A DNA stretch of 64,000 bases, from positions 192,001 to 256,000 of the forward strand of contig CAXXKT010000003.1 of NCBI GenBank assembly GCA_963662405.2, given 5' to 3'. Below the pieces are notes generated by a model, which searched no databases, had not been told where the DNA came from, and saw nothing but the letters and a program-made list of their open reading frames with translations. The translations under genes and the position numbers were made by a program. Position 1 is the stretch's first letter, and each line of letters starts with the position of its first letter. Positions 1-12,076 of the stretch are shown here, one piece after another. Origin of the DNA: Syntrophales bacterium (GTDB lineage: Bacteria; Desulfobacterota; Syntrophia; Syntrophales; UBA2210).

Positions 1-1085
<1,085 letters not shown>

Positions 1086-1111
1086 GTACAGTACCGTTGT
1101 TGTACGGAACC

Positions 1112-1197
1112 GGAGGGATGGCCGAGTGGTCGAAGGCGGCGGTCTTGAAAACCGTTAACCGAAAGGTTCGCGGGTTCGAATCCTGCTCCCTCCGCCA
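1112..1197 (+). tRNA. tRNA-Ser(TGA)
   Basis: GGAGGGA acceptor stem, anticodon arm GCGGT-CT-TGA-AA-ACCGT, long variable arm, GGTTCGAATCC, encoded CCA. Confidence 0.96.
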
Positions 1198-1264
1198 TAT
1201 ACTGTGACCATCGCGCCACAGGTTGGTTCTTAAACAGTAGTATCTGATATGGCGGCACAAAAGC

Positions 1265-1358
<94 letters not shown>

Positions 1359-1370
1359 TTCAAATCATGT

Positions 1371-1447
1371 GCGCCCATGGCTCAGCTGGATAGAGCGTCG
1401 GACTACGAATCCGAAGGTCCTAGGTTCGAATCCTAGTGGGCGTACCA
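1371..1447 (+). tRNA. tRNA-Arg(ACG); integration site of the island
   Basis: GCGCCCA/TGGGCGT acceptor stem, anticodon arm TCGGA-CT-ACG-AA-TCCGA, T-loop GGTTCGAATCC, CCA end. Confidence 0.96.
1403..1447 (+). repeat. attL core (45 bp, 3' half of tRNA-Arg)
   Basis: CTACGAATCCGAAGGTCCTAGGTTCGAATCCTAGTGGGCGTACCA, identical to 20521-20565. Confidence 0.95.
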
Positions 1448-1456
1448 GTAAAACCG

Positions 1457-1489
1457 AGGGGTTAGCCGCTTTGGCTAGCCCCTTTTTTT
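1457..1489 (+). terminator. Intrinsic terminator after the tRNA cluster (island-supplied)
   Basis: AGGGGTTAGCC-gcttt-GGCTAGCCCCT hairpin followed by a T run. Confidence 0.75.
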
Positions 1490-1755
1490 GCCCCAAAATC
1501 GGCAGCTGTAACTGTTTTGTAACTGTCCTGCTCGTTGAGATACATTTCCTGCTTGCTAGCAGCCAATTTCAGGTCATCGGCACTCACGATGTTGTATCTC
1601 TCGAATACCGATCTCGATTTGTGTCCTGAAATCATCATCGCAACGCGCTCCGGGATACCCGCTCTGACCATATTCCTGACTGCTGTCCTTCGCAAATCGT
1701 GAAACAACCGATCGCCTGTTTTTGCTTTCTTGCAAGCAGTACCCCAAGATTTTGA
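1462..1755 (-). pseudogene. Tyrosine recombinase/integrase, C-terminal fragment only
   Basis: [53 protein letters not shown]: HxLR, GH and catalytic Tyr present; no N-terminal part upstream. Confidence 0.9.
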
Positions 1756-2173
1756 TAAAATTATGATTGAAGCAATTGTAGAAGATTGCTTTCAGAAATC
1801 TTTAGCGGTTTAATCACAGATCCGGTGAATTTTCAGGTTGGGTGGATCCACAAAGCCAATTGATGAACTCCGGCGTTATTCTATAGACCGGTAAGTTTTT
1901 GGGGTGACTCCATCAATGTCTAGCTGCACCTTAATGAAGTAGTCACTTTTTGTACGTCGCGGTATCATACGTCCGGGCCATCTCTCTGTCTCCTTTCCCA
2001 AGTGTTTTCCAAACACTTTTTTAGATGATATCGATGGCCTCTGACAATACCTCAAATTGCAACTTGCTTTTACAATATCACCACCTGTAGACGCTTGACA
2101 AAAATTAATAGTGTGTTATTGCTAAACACAATATGTTATCAGTGACTGAGAGGAACGATTGGGAGCACAAGTC

Positions 2174-3070
2174 ATGGAAAATATTAGTACATGCGTAGTC
2201 TATAAAGATATCAAGGAAGAAAATCCTGAACGACAACTAGAAATTATGAATACAATTCTTGACTCCTTGAGAGCCTATGTCTTCGTTAAGGATGTTACAA
2301 ATAGATATCAGATGGTTAACAAACCATTTGCCGAAATCTTAGGCCTAAGCCCTGAAAAAATCAAGGGAAGGTCATTGATAGAATGTTTCCCTGCTTTTGG
2401 AAGTAGAAGAGCAAGGTCTTGTCACAATGACGACATGGAAGTGTTAAGAACAAAAAGGCCCAAAAAAGGAATTATCGCAACTTTTCCTTCTGTGAATGGT
2501 ATCCGCTGGGTCATGAAAGACAAAATACCGTATCTGAATAAAGAAGGAAAATTGGTGGGTATTATTGGTCTTTTTATTGATGTTACCGACCTCAAAGCCT
2601 CGCAAGATAAATTAAAAAATCAAAAAAGCGAGCTTGTAAAGAAAACCAATAAATTACAAGAGCTCAATATTGCTCTCAAGGTGCTGTTGGACCAAAGAGA
2701 GAATGAAAAAAAAGAATCAGAGCGAAAGGTATTGTCTATTGTCCGGAACATCATACTTCCCTACATTGACTCTCTAAAAAAAACTCATTTACGGAAAGAC
2801 CAAGCATTTTACGTAGAAAGCATTGAAGAAAATCTCAAAAATCTCATGGTAAGCAATATTGATAACCTTTCAGTGGGTGACCTTGGTCTGACGCCTAAAG
2901 AAATACAGATTGTTAAACTTGTCAAAACTGGAGCGATAACAAAAGAAATTGCAGATGTTATGAATGTTTCGACAAAGACTATCGACTATCATCGCAATAA
3001 TATTAGAAAGAAATTAGGCCTTAAAAATAAAGGACAAAATCTCCAAAGTTATTTAGTATCTCGCCCATAA
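2174..3070 (+). CDS. PAS-domain LuxR-family transcriptional regulator
   Basis: PAS (YVFVKD...[13 protein letters not shown]...IIGLFIDVT), coiled coil, C-terminal [15 protein letters not shown]...[24 protein letters not shown]; start set at ATG 2174 (ORF track TTG 2159). Confidence 0.9.
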   Translation: MENISTCVVYKDIKEENPERQLEIMNTILDSLRAYVFVKDVTNRYQMVNKPFAEILGLSPEKIKGRSLIECFPAFGSRRARSCHNDDMEVLRTKRPKKGIIATFPSVNGIRWVMKDKIPYLNKEGKLVGIIGLFIDVTDLKASQDKLKNQKSELVKKTNKLQELNIALKVLLDQRENEKKESERKVLSIVRNIILPYIDSLKKTHLRKDQAFYVESIEENLKNLMVSNIDNLSVGDLGLTPKEIQIVKLVKTGAITKEIADVMNVSTKTIDYHRNNIRKKLGLKNKGQNLQSYLVSRP

Positions 3071-3294
3071 TACCGGTAGCCTCCCAATATTTTCTCGGTA
3101 TTTTTCCCGTATTGATGAAAGCAAGTTCATCACATATATCACACCTATGAACATCTTGAGATGTTACCTTCTGCAATTCTGTTGGGGTATTGTTACCTCA
3201 AAGCAATTGTTGGATAGACTAGAAAAAATGTTTTGAGTGTATATTAAGTTGCTGCTGTATCGAACGCAAAAAATTTAGGAAGAGAGGTTTTACA

Positions 3295-4605
3295 ATGAAG
3301 AGAGTTATGGTGTTGTTTTCTATGGTGTCAATCATGGTAATCTTTTCTTTTGGGAGTTCTTTTGCCGAACAAAAGGAAGTCAAGGTAGGTGTCTTGTATT
3401 CGATTACTGGGGCTTTTTCTCCTGCTGGAGGCAGACCAGGCTTCAATGGAACAATGATTGCGGTTGACATGATCAATGACAGGGGGGGGATCAATGGAAA
3501 AGTCAAATTGGTTCCTGTTGTTGCGGATACTCAAAGTAATCCGGATGTTGCCATCAGGGAAGTTGAACGACTTATATCAGTTGAAAAAGTACCTGCGATA
3601 ACCGGTGTCTTTGTGAGTTCAATTTCTCAGCCAGTTGCGCCAATATGCGAAAAGAACAAAACAATATTTTGGATTACTATCTCAATTGCAGATACGATTC
3701 TGGAAGATCGACATCAACAATATATCTTTCGCGTTCAGCCGCGTGCAACTGATTGGGGGCGGACTACAGCGCGGTTTGCTCGAGACAATTACAAGCGCTT
3801 TGGCTATGAAAGCCCCAAACAGATACGTGTAGCAATACTTCACGAAGATAGCTCTTACGGTGTTGCCTGTAACAAAGGAGCCACAGAAATTTGTGAACAA
3901 GAGAATATGAATGTGGTGTTTCGTGAGGCATATTCCCATAGTATTAATGACATGTCATCGATTATCTTGAAGATTAAAAAGGCACGCCCTGATGTTATCC
4001 TCCATACAGCTTACTTCCCGGATCTCGTACTGTTTATGCGACAGGCAAGAGAGTTAGGACTAAGGTGGAAGCTTGATATCGGTCATGGTGCGGGACATGC
4101 GAATTTCTCCGAACTTGAAAAATCTCTTGGCAGTGATATGGTTAATTACTTATGCAATGTTGATCCAAAGCCAGCTCAGAAATTCCCCGAACATACATCT
4201 AATCCTGATATGGATGTCCTCCGTAAAGAGTTTTTAGACAGGTACGAAAAGAAACATGGTACCAGAGATCCTGAAACGCATGCAACACAGGGATTTGCAC
4301 ATGCATGGGTTTTGTTTAACAATGTCATGCCGGTTGCACTTGAGAAGTACGGTGAAATTACTGCCGATACAATCAGAAAGGTAGCGAAAGATCTCAAAAT
4401 ACCAGATGGTAAAACACCTGCTGGATATGGTGTCGAGTTTGCTCCTCCCGAACATAACATGGCTGGGCAGAATCTGGTTTCCTATCCTGTGGTAACACAA
4501 TGGATTAATGGCATAACTGAGGTTAGCTGGCCTGATGCGCAAAGAACAGCTGAACCTGACCTGCCTAATCCTCCCGGCAGTGTTTATGGAAAGAAGAAGA
4601 AATAA
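3295..4605 (+). CDS. Liv/HAAT-type ABC transporter substrate-binding protein
   Basis: Signal peptide, VKVGVLYSITGAFS, INDRGGING, DTQSNPD; heads a livG/F/H/M-like operon. Confidence 0.9.
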   Translation: MKRVMVLFSMVSIMVIFSFGSSFAEQKEVKVGVLYSITGAFSPAGGRPGFNGTMIAVDMINDRGGINGKVKLVPVVADTQSNPDVAIREVERLISVEKVPAITGVFVSSISQPVAPICEKNKTIFWITISIADTILEDRHQQYIFRVQPRATDWGRTTARFARDNYKRFGYESPKQIRVAILHEDSSYGVACNKGATEICEQENMNVVFREAYSHSINDMSSIILKIKKARPDVILHTAYFPDLVLFMRQARELGLRWKLDIGHGAGHANFSELEKSLGSDMVNYLCNVDPKPAQKFPEHTSNPDMDVLRKEFLDRYEKKHGTRDPETHATQGFAHAWVLFNNVMPVALEKYGEITADTIRKVAKDLKIPDGKTPAGYGVEFAPPEHNMAGQNLVSYPVVTQWINGITEVSWPDAQRTAEPDLPNPPGSVYGKKKK

Positions 4606-4687
4606 CATTTAAGCACGTCACGCGTTAAGAAGAGGGGGAGGATATTTTCATTGTCCCCCTTTCTTCTTACAATTCTGGAGAAAGTAA

Positions 4688-5422
4688 ATGCTCGAAATAA
4701 ATAATATAAGCAAGCAGTTTGGTGGAGTAAAGGCTCTTCACGACGTTTCGTTTGCTCTACGTGAGGGAGAGTTTTTAGGTCTTATTGGACCAAATGGGTC
4801 AGGGAAAACCACTCTTTTTAATGTGATATCGGGAATGTACAAGCCAAATTCGGGAACCATAACATTCGACGGTCATACAATTTCCGGGCTGATGGCAAGC
4901 AAAATTTGTCACGCAGGTATCGCTCGAACATTCCAAATTCCCAAACCAATTATGGATATTAGTGTGCTCGAAAATGTGATGCTTGGTTCGATTTTTGGTA
5001 AAGAAAAAAATAGTGCCCACTATCATTGCTCTCTCAAAGAAGCTCAAGATGCGGCATTGAAACTTATCGAATTTGTTGGTCTTAATGTTGATCCTTATTC
5101 GTATCCCAAAGAACTAACGGCTGGTGATCTTAGAAGGCTTGAATTAGTAAGAGCTCTAGCAACGCAGCCCAAAATTCTATTAGCTGATGAAGTATTGAGT
5201 GGCTTAAATCACGAAGAGCTGGATGACGCAGCAAAAGTCCTTCAAAGAGTACGTGATGAGATGAAGATTACGATCATATGGGTTGAGCATATCATGGGTG
5301 TTCTGATGAACCTTGTTGATAGAGTGGTTGTCTTGAGTTATGGCAAAATGATTGCAGACGGGACGCCTCAAGAAATATCAACAAATCAAGAAGTCATTGA
5401 CGCATACTTAGGTGAGGACTAA
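4688..5422 (+). CDS. livG: ABC ATP-binding protein, LivG-like
   Basis: Walker A GPNGSGKTT, GIARTFQIP, LLADE, VEH. Confidence 0.88.
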   Translation: MLEINNISKQFGGVKALHDVSFALREGEFLGLIGPNGSGKTTLFNVISGMYKPNSGTITFDGHTISGLMASKICHAGIARTFQIPKPIMDISVLENVMLGSIFGKEKNSAHYHCSLKEAQDAALKLIEFVGLNVDPYSYPKELTAGDLRRLELVRALATQPKILLADEVLSGLNHEELDDAAKVLQRVRDEMKITIIWVEHIMGVLMNLVDRVVVLSYGKMIADGTPQEISTNQEVIDAYLGED

Positions 5423-5439
5423 CAGAGGGGAAAGCCATT

Positions 5440-6144
5440 ATGATTCGAGTTGAGAATATAAATTCATATTACGGCGAATTTCAAGCCTTATATGATATTT
5501 CGTTAGAAGTGAAACCGGCTCAAACAGTTATTATTGTAGGTTCTAATGGATCAGGGAAAACAACACTTTTAAAATCAATATGCGGTTTAGTACATCCTCG
5601 TTCAGGCTCTATATATTTCGAAAATAGACGTATCGATCATGATCAGGCGAATGCTATTGTCGATTTAGGAATTGTAATGGTCCCTGAAGGAGGACGGTTA
5701 TTCCCAAATATATCCGTTTATGATAATTTGAAAGTCGGAGCCTATAATAAAAATGCGAGGCTTCATTTTCAACAATCATTGGAAAAAGTCTATAAACTTT
5801 TCCCCATCTTAAAAGAGAGAAAAAAGCAACCGGCAGGCCTTCTTAGCGGAGGAGAACGGCAAATGGTTGCTATTGCAAGGAGTCTGATGGCGCGGCCCAA
5901 AGTTATCATGCTGGATGAGCCGTCATTAGGGTTGGCGCCCAAAATTGTTGGTAACGTTTTTGAATTTGTCCGGACATTAAAAGATAGTGGGTATTCGGTA
6001 CTTCTTGTCGAGCAAAATGCTAAAAAAGCGCTCGAGCTTGCTGATTATGGATATCTTCTTGAATCAGGCAGGCTGGTATTTGAAGGTGGAAAAGAGGATT
6101 TTGATAAAAATTCATTTATAAAAAAAGCGTATCTAGGCTTATAG
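5440..6144 (+). CDS. livF: ABC ATP-binding protein, LivF-like
   Basis: GSNGSGKTT, VPEGGRLFP, LSGGERQM, LDEPSLGLAP, LLVEQN. Confidence 0.9.
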   Translation: MIRVENINSYYGEFQALYDISLEVKPAQTVIIVGSNGSGKTTLLKSICGLVHPRSGSIYFENRRIDHDQANAIVDLGIVMVPEGGRLFPNISVYDNLKVGAYNKNARLHFQQSLEKVYKLFPILKERKKQPAGLLSGGERQMVAIARSLMARPKVIMLDEPSLGLAPKIVGNVFEFVRTLKDSGYSVLLVEQNAKKALELADYGYLLESGRLVFEGGKEDFDKNSFIKKAYLGL

Positions 6145-6155
6145 GGAGTATATCT

Positions 6156-7016
6156 ATGACTGAACTAGTTCTAATGTCTTTACTTAATGGGATATTGTTG
6201 GGGGGCGTATTAGCGCTCCTTGGCTTTGGTATGAACCTTATGTTTGGTGTTGTAAAGATAATACACATGGCATACGGGCAATTTGTCATGTTCGGATTCT
6301 ATTTAATTTTTACTTTGTATGAGTTTCTTCATTTTCCATTGCTACTCGCTTGCGTGACAACCATCTTGATAATGGCCTTAATGGGATTGATTACTCAAAA
6401 GCTTATAGTGAATCCTCTCCTTAGTGCACCTCGACTCAATCAATTGCTTGCACTTGCAGCCCTCATTATTGTTATTGAAAATTTTTCATTACTTGTATGG
6501 GGAGCTAATTATAGGGGAATACGTCTTCATCTTCCTGTCATACAATTAGGAGATATTTTTGTGCGAACCTCCTATCTCTTAGGATTCGTCGGAGCCTTGG
6601 TGTTTTTGGGAGGGTTATACATTTTTCTTAAGAAAACATACTTGGGGCTTGCTATCAGGGCAACGTCACAAGATTCTGAAATGGCGAGATTAATGGGAAT
6701 AAAGTCATCCTATGTATTTTATATAACTTTTGCAGTAGGCACTGCATTAACAGGAGTTGTGGCAAGCTTTTTTGTTCCAATTTATGCTGTTTACCCACAA
6801 TTCGGCGGAGGTTTTACCGTTATGGCTTTTATGATCGTTGTCCTAGGTGGGATGGGAAACATGATGGGAGGATTTATCAGCGCTTTTATTATTGGAATTG
6901 TCACTTCTGTTGTAGCGGTCCTGACATCAGCTGAGATAGCTCAGATAGCCGTATTAATTATCTTCATCGCAATTATGATTGTTCGTCCTCAAGGACTTCT
7001 GGGGGAGGTAGCTTAG
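6156..7016 (+). CDS. livH: ABC permease, LivH-like
   Basis: Hydrophobic; LLNGILLGG, GLAIRATSQD, VVLGGMG, RPQGLLG. Confidence 0.88.
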   Translation: MTELVLMSLLNGILLGGVLALLGFGMNLMFGVVKIIHMAYGQFVMFGFYLIFTLYEFLHFPLLLACVTTILIMALMGLITQKLIVNPLLSAPRLNQLLALAALIIVIENFSLLVWGANYRGIRLHLPVIQLGDIFVRTSYLLGFVGALVFLGGLYIFLKKTYLGLAIRATSQDSEMARLMGIKSSYVFYITFAVGTALTGVVASFFVPIYAVYPQFGGGFTVMAFMIVVLGGMGNMMGGFISAFIIGIVTSVVAVLTSAEIAQIAVLIIFIAIMIVRPQGLLGEVA

Positions 7017-7018
7017 AA

Positions 7019-7981
7019 ATGAAAAATTGGTATAGATCAAAATCGCTGATTTTCGTAGGCATTACGGTTATTGTAATACTTATATTTCCTATAGTTGTGA
7101 AGTCTCAGTATATAATTCATATTTCAACGCTAATATTTCTATGGGGATTAATAGCATCTGCGTGGTCCTACATGGGACGATTTGGTTTGGTTTCTCTTGG
7201 AAACGGCGCTTTTATGGGTATTGGTGCCTATATATCCGTGCTGCTATTTAACAATCTTCATATATCACCTTGGGTTGGTATGGTAGTCGGTGGAGTAGCT
7301 GCAGTTCTCATTGCAGGGATTCTTGGGTTTGCATGTTTCCGATCAGGTGTTGTTGGCGATTATTTTGGTCTTGTAACTCTAGCTCTTGCAGAGATTACGG
7401 CTCTTGCAATTGTTGCATTAAGAACATGGACTGAAGGTGAACTTGGCACCTCTGTAAAATCAATTGGTGCAGCATCAATCTGGTATCTTCAGTCGGACCA
7501 AAAAATCTTTTTTTACTATCTATCTTTTTTCTTTATGATTATTGGCCTCTACATATGGAAAAAAATTGATAATAGCAATATGAAACGAGCTCTTGCCGCA
7601 ATAAGTGAAGATGAAACTGCAGCTGCTTCTTTAGGAATTGATGTTGTAAGGTATAAAATGCAGATTACGATGATAAGTGCATTTGTTACAGCAATAGGCG
7701 GTTCTCTTTATGCTCAATATATTACCTATATTAACCCCCATACCGTCTCAGGGGTTGGCATATCGTTGTCGATTCCTTTCAAAGCCATAATCGGAGGAAT
7801 GTTTACAATGCTCGGACCAGCCATCGGTTCGGCAATTATCGTATCGCTTGAGGAATTTTTCAGGATTGTTGTTGGTGCAAAATTTGTAGCCATGTCTCAA
7901 ATAATTTTTGGTCTAGCTCTGATTTTTCTGATCATCTTTTTGCCCAAAGGTTTGTATGGAACCTTAAAGCGCAAGATGTAA
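7019..7981 (+). CDS. livM: ABC permease, LivM-like
   Basis: Hydrophobic; GLVSLGNGAFMGIGAY, AISEDETAAASLGID, IIGGM, LPKGL. Confidence 0.88.
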   Translation: MKNWYRSKSLIFVGITVIVILIFPIVVKSQYIIHISTLIFLWGLIASAWSYMGRFGLVSLGNGAFMGIGAYISVLLFNNLHISPWVGMVVGGVAAVLIAGILGFACFRSGVVGDYFGLVTLALAEITALAIVALRTWTEGELGTSVKSIGAASIWYLQSDQKIFFYYLSFFFMIIGLYIWKKIDNSNMKRALAAISEDETAAASLGIDVVRYKMQITMISAFVTAIGGSLYAQYITYINPHTVSGVGISLSIPFKAIIGGMFTMLGPAIGSAIIVSLEEFFRIVVGAKFVAMSQIIFGLALIFLIIFLPKGLYGTLKRKM

Positions 7982-8720
7982 GTGTTGAGTTTCGGGACAT
8001 CGATAACGGAAAGATGTACCCGCAAATAGCCAAGTCATGTTCTCTGACAATCGAATAGCTATCACGTAATACTGTGAACATCACAATAGGTACGGAGGTG
8101 CTCACGAAAAGGAAAAACGAGCAGAAACGGATCTTGACCGTGGAGCGATTTCTAGGCGGTTAACGTTCCAAAATCAATAAGCACGTTCCTGGACCGGTCA
8201 AAGTCTGATTGAAGGGGTGGGGCGAGTGGCATAGCGAGGAAAATACCTCATGGTACGATAATCGTTCTTGATGCCCCTGTTAATACATAAATGGTTCGTC
8301 TCACTAGGGTCAAGATCTGTTCTGCGGTGCTCAAGCGATCTCATGGGAGATGTCAGACATTTGCGTGAAGCCGTTGCCATCGGTGAGAATCATGAACCGG
8401 ATTCTTGCCAGAAATGAACTAACACATCAAGGACCCGACAAATATGGATCCAAGGTAACGGTCTATCCTGTTATGCTACCGTCAACATTGCCGAACCAAA
8501 CCCATCAGGCTGATCTTGTTAGCACGTGTTAACTGAATGGGCCAATTTTTTCTATAGTCTGAATATAGTTAATACGGGAATGGTCCGGTGTGGATTGAAT
8601 TCTTTCCTTGGAGAAATGAAATCACCGAAAACTTCAATGATCAGAGAGCTGGTCGGGCAAATTTGGACAGGTGCATAAGTGGGAAAGTTGCTCTATAGTG
8701 GACGTAAGGAGGAAAGAGAT

Positions 8721-9023
8721 ATGAGCAAGAGACCGCGGAGGAACCATGCACCGTCCTTCAAGGCGAAGGTGGCATTGGAGGCACTGAAAGGGGACCAGAC
8801 GATCGTTGAGCTTGCCGAGCGGTATCAGGTACACCCGAACCAGATCACCACATGGAAGAAGCAGTTGATGGATCACGCATCGGACGTATTTGGCAAGGGT
8901 CATAAGGACAACCAGGGTCCGGATGTAAAAGAACTTCACGCCAAGATCGGACAGTTATCGATGGAGAATGATTTTTTATCACATGCGCTCGGTCGCATCA
9001 ACGGAACGAGCGCAAAGCGATGA
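8721..9023 (+). CDS. IS3-family transposase OrfA (HTH)
   Basis: RRNHAPSFKAKVALEAL..ELAERYQVHPNQITTWKKQL; SD AAGGAGG before ATG 8721. Confidence 0.9.
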   Translation: MSKRPRRNHAPSFKAKVALEALKGDQTIVELAERYQVHPNQITTWKKQLMDHASDVFGKGHKDNQGPDVKELHAKIGQLSMENDFLSHALGRINGTSAKR

Positions 9024-9850
9024 TCAAGAGAGAAAAGAGTGTGCCCATAACCCGTCAATGCGAACTCTTGGAGCTGTCCCGATCGAGTGTTTATTACTCT
9101 CCGGTTCCGGTCAGCGCGAAGGATCTGGAGCTGATGCGTCAGATTGATGAGATTCATCTTCAGTATCCCTTCTATGGGAGTCGGAAGATTCGCAATGAGC
9201 TGTGGCAGAGAGGGTATGATATCGGACGTGATAAGGTACGTCGGTTGATGCGTCGCATGGGGATCGAGGCGTTGCACATCAAGCCGAGATTATCGATAAA
9301 GCATCCCCAGCACCCGATATATCCGTATCTGTTACGGGGACTTGATATCATCCGTCCCAACCACGTATGGTCTGCCGATATCACGTATATTCCCATGGAA
9401 CGAGGGTTCTGTTATCTGGTAGCCGTTATGGACTGGGCGAGTCGGATGGTCCTCTCCTGGCGGTTGTCGAATACGTTGGACAGTGCGTTTTGTGTGGATG
9501 CGCTTGAAGAAGCACTCACCACGTATGGGCGCCCGGCTATCTTCAATACCGATCAGGGCAGTCAGTTTACCTCACAGGCATTCATCGATGTCCTTCGCTC
9601 TCATGATATCTCTATCAGCATGGACGGTCAGGGGCGATGGATGGACAATGTCTTCATCGAACGGCTCTGGAAGAGCGTCAAGTACGAAGATATCTATCTG
9701 AAGGCATACGGTTCAATGAAAGAGTTGAAGAAGGGGCTTACCGACTATTTTCAGTTCTACAACGAGAAACGGTGGCACAATACTTTTGACAGAAAGACAC
9801 CGGCTATGGTTTATTTTGAATCACTACCACAGGGACAGGCTGCGGCATGA
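9020..9850 (+). CDS. IS3-family transposase OrfB (DDE/rve)
   Basis: YGSRKI, WSADITY, FNTDQGSQFTS, DNVFIERLW; overlaps orfA by ATGA. Confidence 0.93.
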   Translation: MIKREKSVPITRQCELLELSRSSVYYSPVPVSAKDLELMRQIDEIHLQYPFYGSRKIRNELWQRGYDIGRDKVRRLMRRMGIEALHIKPRLSIKHPQHPIYPYLLRGLDIIRPNHVWSADITYIPMERGFCYLVAVMDWASRMVLSWRLSNTLDSAFCVDALEEALTTYGRPAIFNTDQGSQFTSQAFIDVLRSHDISISMDGQGRWMDNVFIERLWKSVKYEDIYLKAYGSMKELKKGLTDYFQFYNEKRWHNTFDRKTPAMVYFESLPQGQAAA

Positions 9851-11121
9851 ACACAAACCCAGGGCAACTTCCCACTTATAAATCCCTGTTACCTGTCCAA
9901 AGAAACCGGACCACCTCTCAGTATCGATAGAGATCTATCAGAAAAGTTCGTATGACGTCCATAGGGGATTTGCAATTGAGCAGCTTCACAACAGCGGGTA
10001 TCGCCATAACAAATTAAATGGTGATAAACCACTGAGAGCTTTTGCCGCCTCGAATGTCAAGTTAAGGCTTCCAGGATGGAATAGTCTCCCAAACATCGAA
10101 TGAAGAAACCGGAGATTGGCCAATATCACGTTGTGTGTCCCATTTGTAGCAACCTACAATTAAACATCTTCTGAGAAGTTTCTCGATCCCACCAGAGACC
10201 ATGCTTGAATACGTGGTGGCTACTATCGATGTTAAAGAGCAGAAGCTAAAACTCTTCCTGGACAAAAAACAGGTAGAGGAATTCAATTATAAACTTCGGT
10301 AAAACTGTCGAGTGTTAGCGATGTTATGGCACAAGAAATCGTTATCGATATCCTGATACTCGACATGTAAAAAATGAAACTCACATCTATGGTGCATGAT
10401 ATTCAAAGGATAATAGTGTGAGTATGGAATGATGTTCAGCATTATCTTTTGATGATGCTTTTTGTAAGGAAACACCAAAATGATTAAAGAAAAATGGATA
10501 TCGATGCCAAGGAAAAAACACAAAGAATCCTACTTTTCCATAATCAATCTAGTGAGGAAGGGCATGCCGTAGGCACTCTTACTGGAATAAAATCCTTCCA
10601 GAAATAGAGATTTGAGGGATATGAAAGTTGCCAACTTATCCCAGGTCATTTTCACTATGAGGCGAAGTCAGGTGCTAAGGAGAAAAGAGATATAGCTTCC
10701 GCAGGAGTGTACTGCTGTGGTGCCGTTAGGGATATCGATTGTCTGGGATTTGAAAGGGTTTCTACGAGTTTTAAACTAGACGATGTGTTCAGGTTAGAGA
10801 AAAGGTTGGAATTGACAAAGAATTTCCAAATAAGAAGATGAAGTAGGAAAGATGAAGAAGCCGTTGAGGGCATCATTTCGAAAGAAGTGCAAGTGTGACT
10901 GGTAAGGCCGCATATATTGCTATTCTTATATTGAATTGTAACTGATTTCGTATCTGTACGATTCGTGGCTGGATCATTGTGTAAGCGATAAGATAGTAGA
11001 TTTTATTATACAAAGACGAGGAAATCTATGTTTCGAGTTGATAATCCGATGGCCAAGTTGGTTATATTAATAGGCAAGAAAATCCTGATGGATAAGTATC
11101 AGATTTATTGGAGGTAATTTT

Positions 11122-12066
11122 ATGAAAACGTCAAAGGTCATGACAGCGCAGGAAGCCGTTTCAAGATTCGTGGCAGATGGTATGACGGTGGCAGTAGGTG
11201 GTTTCGTTCACGCAATTTCATATGCACTCACACATGAAATTATCAGGCAACAGAAACGCCATTTAACAATCTGTCAGCCCAGCTTCAATGAACCTGGAGA
11301 CCAGATGATCGGCGCGGGGTGTGTTGATAGAATTATATCTTCATATGTTGGGATGGAAACCTTTGGACCAACGCATTGCTTCAAAAGGGCGATAGAAAAA
11401 AGTATTCCCCACAAGGTCGAGATAGAAGATTATACAAACTTTTCCGTGATGGTGAAGTATCTTGCTGGGGCACTGGGAATTCCCTACATTCCCATAAATT
11501 CGATGAAGGGGAGCGATCTGATGAATTATTCTGCATGGATGGGTAAGAATAAGGTTAAACTTGTTCAAGATCCATTTCAGCTTGGGAAAGAATATGCTGC
11601 GGTAAAAGCGTTGACGCCGGATATCGGTTATTTCCATGTACAGCGCGCCGACGAGCATGGGAACTGCCAGATGTGGGGTATCACGGGAGATTCTCCATGG
11701 AGCATGAGAGCATGCAAACAGGTAATTGTTTCTTGTGAGGAAATCGTGGATCATGATGTTATCGGGAGAGATCCCAACAGAACAATACTTCATGGCTACA
11801 AGGTTGTCGCTGTTGTGGAAGCTCCTTTTGGCGCCCATCCCAAGCATACCCAAGGATATTACAACTTAGATAGGGATTTCATTTTCAAATATGTGCATGA
11901 ATCACAGGATCTGGAAGAATGGCGGAAATTCATGGATGAATGGGTCTATGGTGTCTCAGACAGAAGTGATTATCTGAAAAAGTATATCAATGTCTATGGG
12001 ATGAATAAATTTCTTGGTCTGAAAGCAAAAGATATCAGCTCAAGCTCAGTGAATTACGGATTTTAG
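11122..12066 (+). CDS. gctA: Family I CoA-transferase subunit A (glutaconate CoA-transferase-like)
   Basis: SKVMTAQEAVSRFVADG, HEIIRQ, AGALGIPYIP, HVQRADEHGN, PFGAHP. Confidence 0.85.
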   Translation: MKTSKVMTAQEAVSRFVADGMTVAVGGFVHAISYALTHEIIRQQKRHLTICQPSFNEPGDQMIGAGCVDRIISSYVGMETFGPTHCFKRAIEKSIPHKVEIEDYTNFSVMVKYLAGALGIPYIPINSMKGSDLMNYSAWMGKNKVKLVQDPFQLGKEYAAVKALTPDIGYFHVQRADEHGNCQMWGITGDSPWSMRACKQVIVSCEEIVDHDVIGRDPNRTILHGYKVVAVVEAPFGAHPKHTQGYYNLDRDFIFKYVHESQDLEEWRKFMDEWVYGVSDRSDYLKKYINVYGMNKFLGLKAKDISSSSVNYGF

Positions 12067-12076
12067 GAGGTTTATC

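Larger units (their letters stand above)
8643..9920 (+). mobile_element. IS3-family insertion sequence (~1.28 kb)
   Basis: Imperfect 30-bp terminal IRs (23/30) ending in CA-3'; orfA/orfB arrangement. Confidence 0.9.
7983..10365 (+). mobile_element. Decayed IS481-like element interrupted by an IS3 element
   Basis: Terminal IRs TGTTGAGTTTCGGGACATCGATAACG (7983-8008) and reverse complement of 10340-10365, 22/26 identical with TGT..ACA ends; flanks TGTAAG/TGTAAA; frameshifted transposase remnants on both sides of the IS3 (QDLFCGAQAISWEM..LPSVRIMNRILARN..QTHQADLV; EYVVATIDVKEQKLKLFLDKKQVEEFNYKLR). Confidence 0.72.

Noticed and set aside
10372..11121. Possible ncRNA or gene in the long AT-rich gap before gctA
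   Set aside because: No convincing ORF, structure or correctly spaced promoter found; probably decayed sequence
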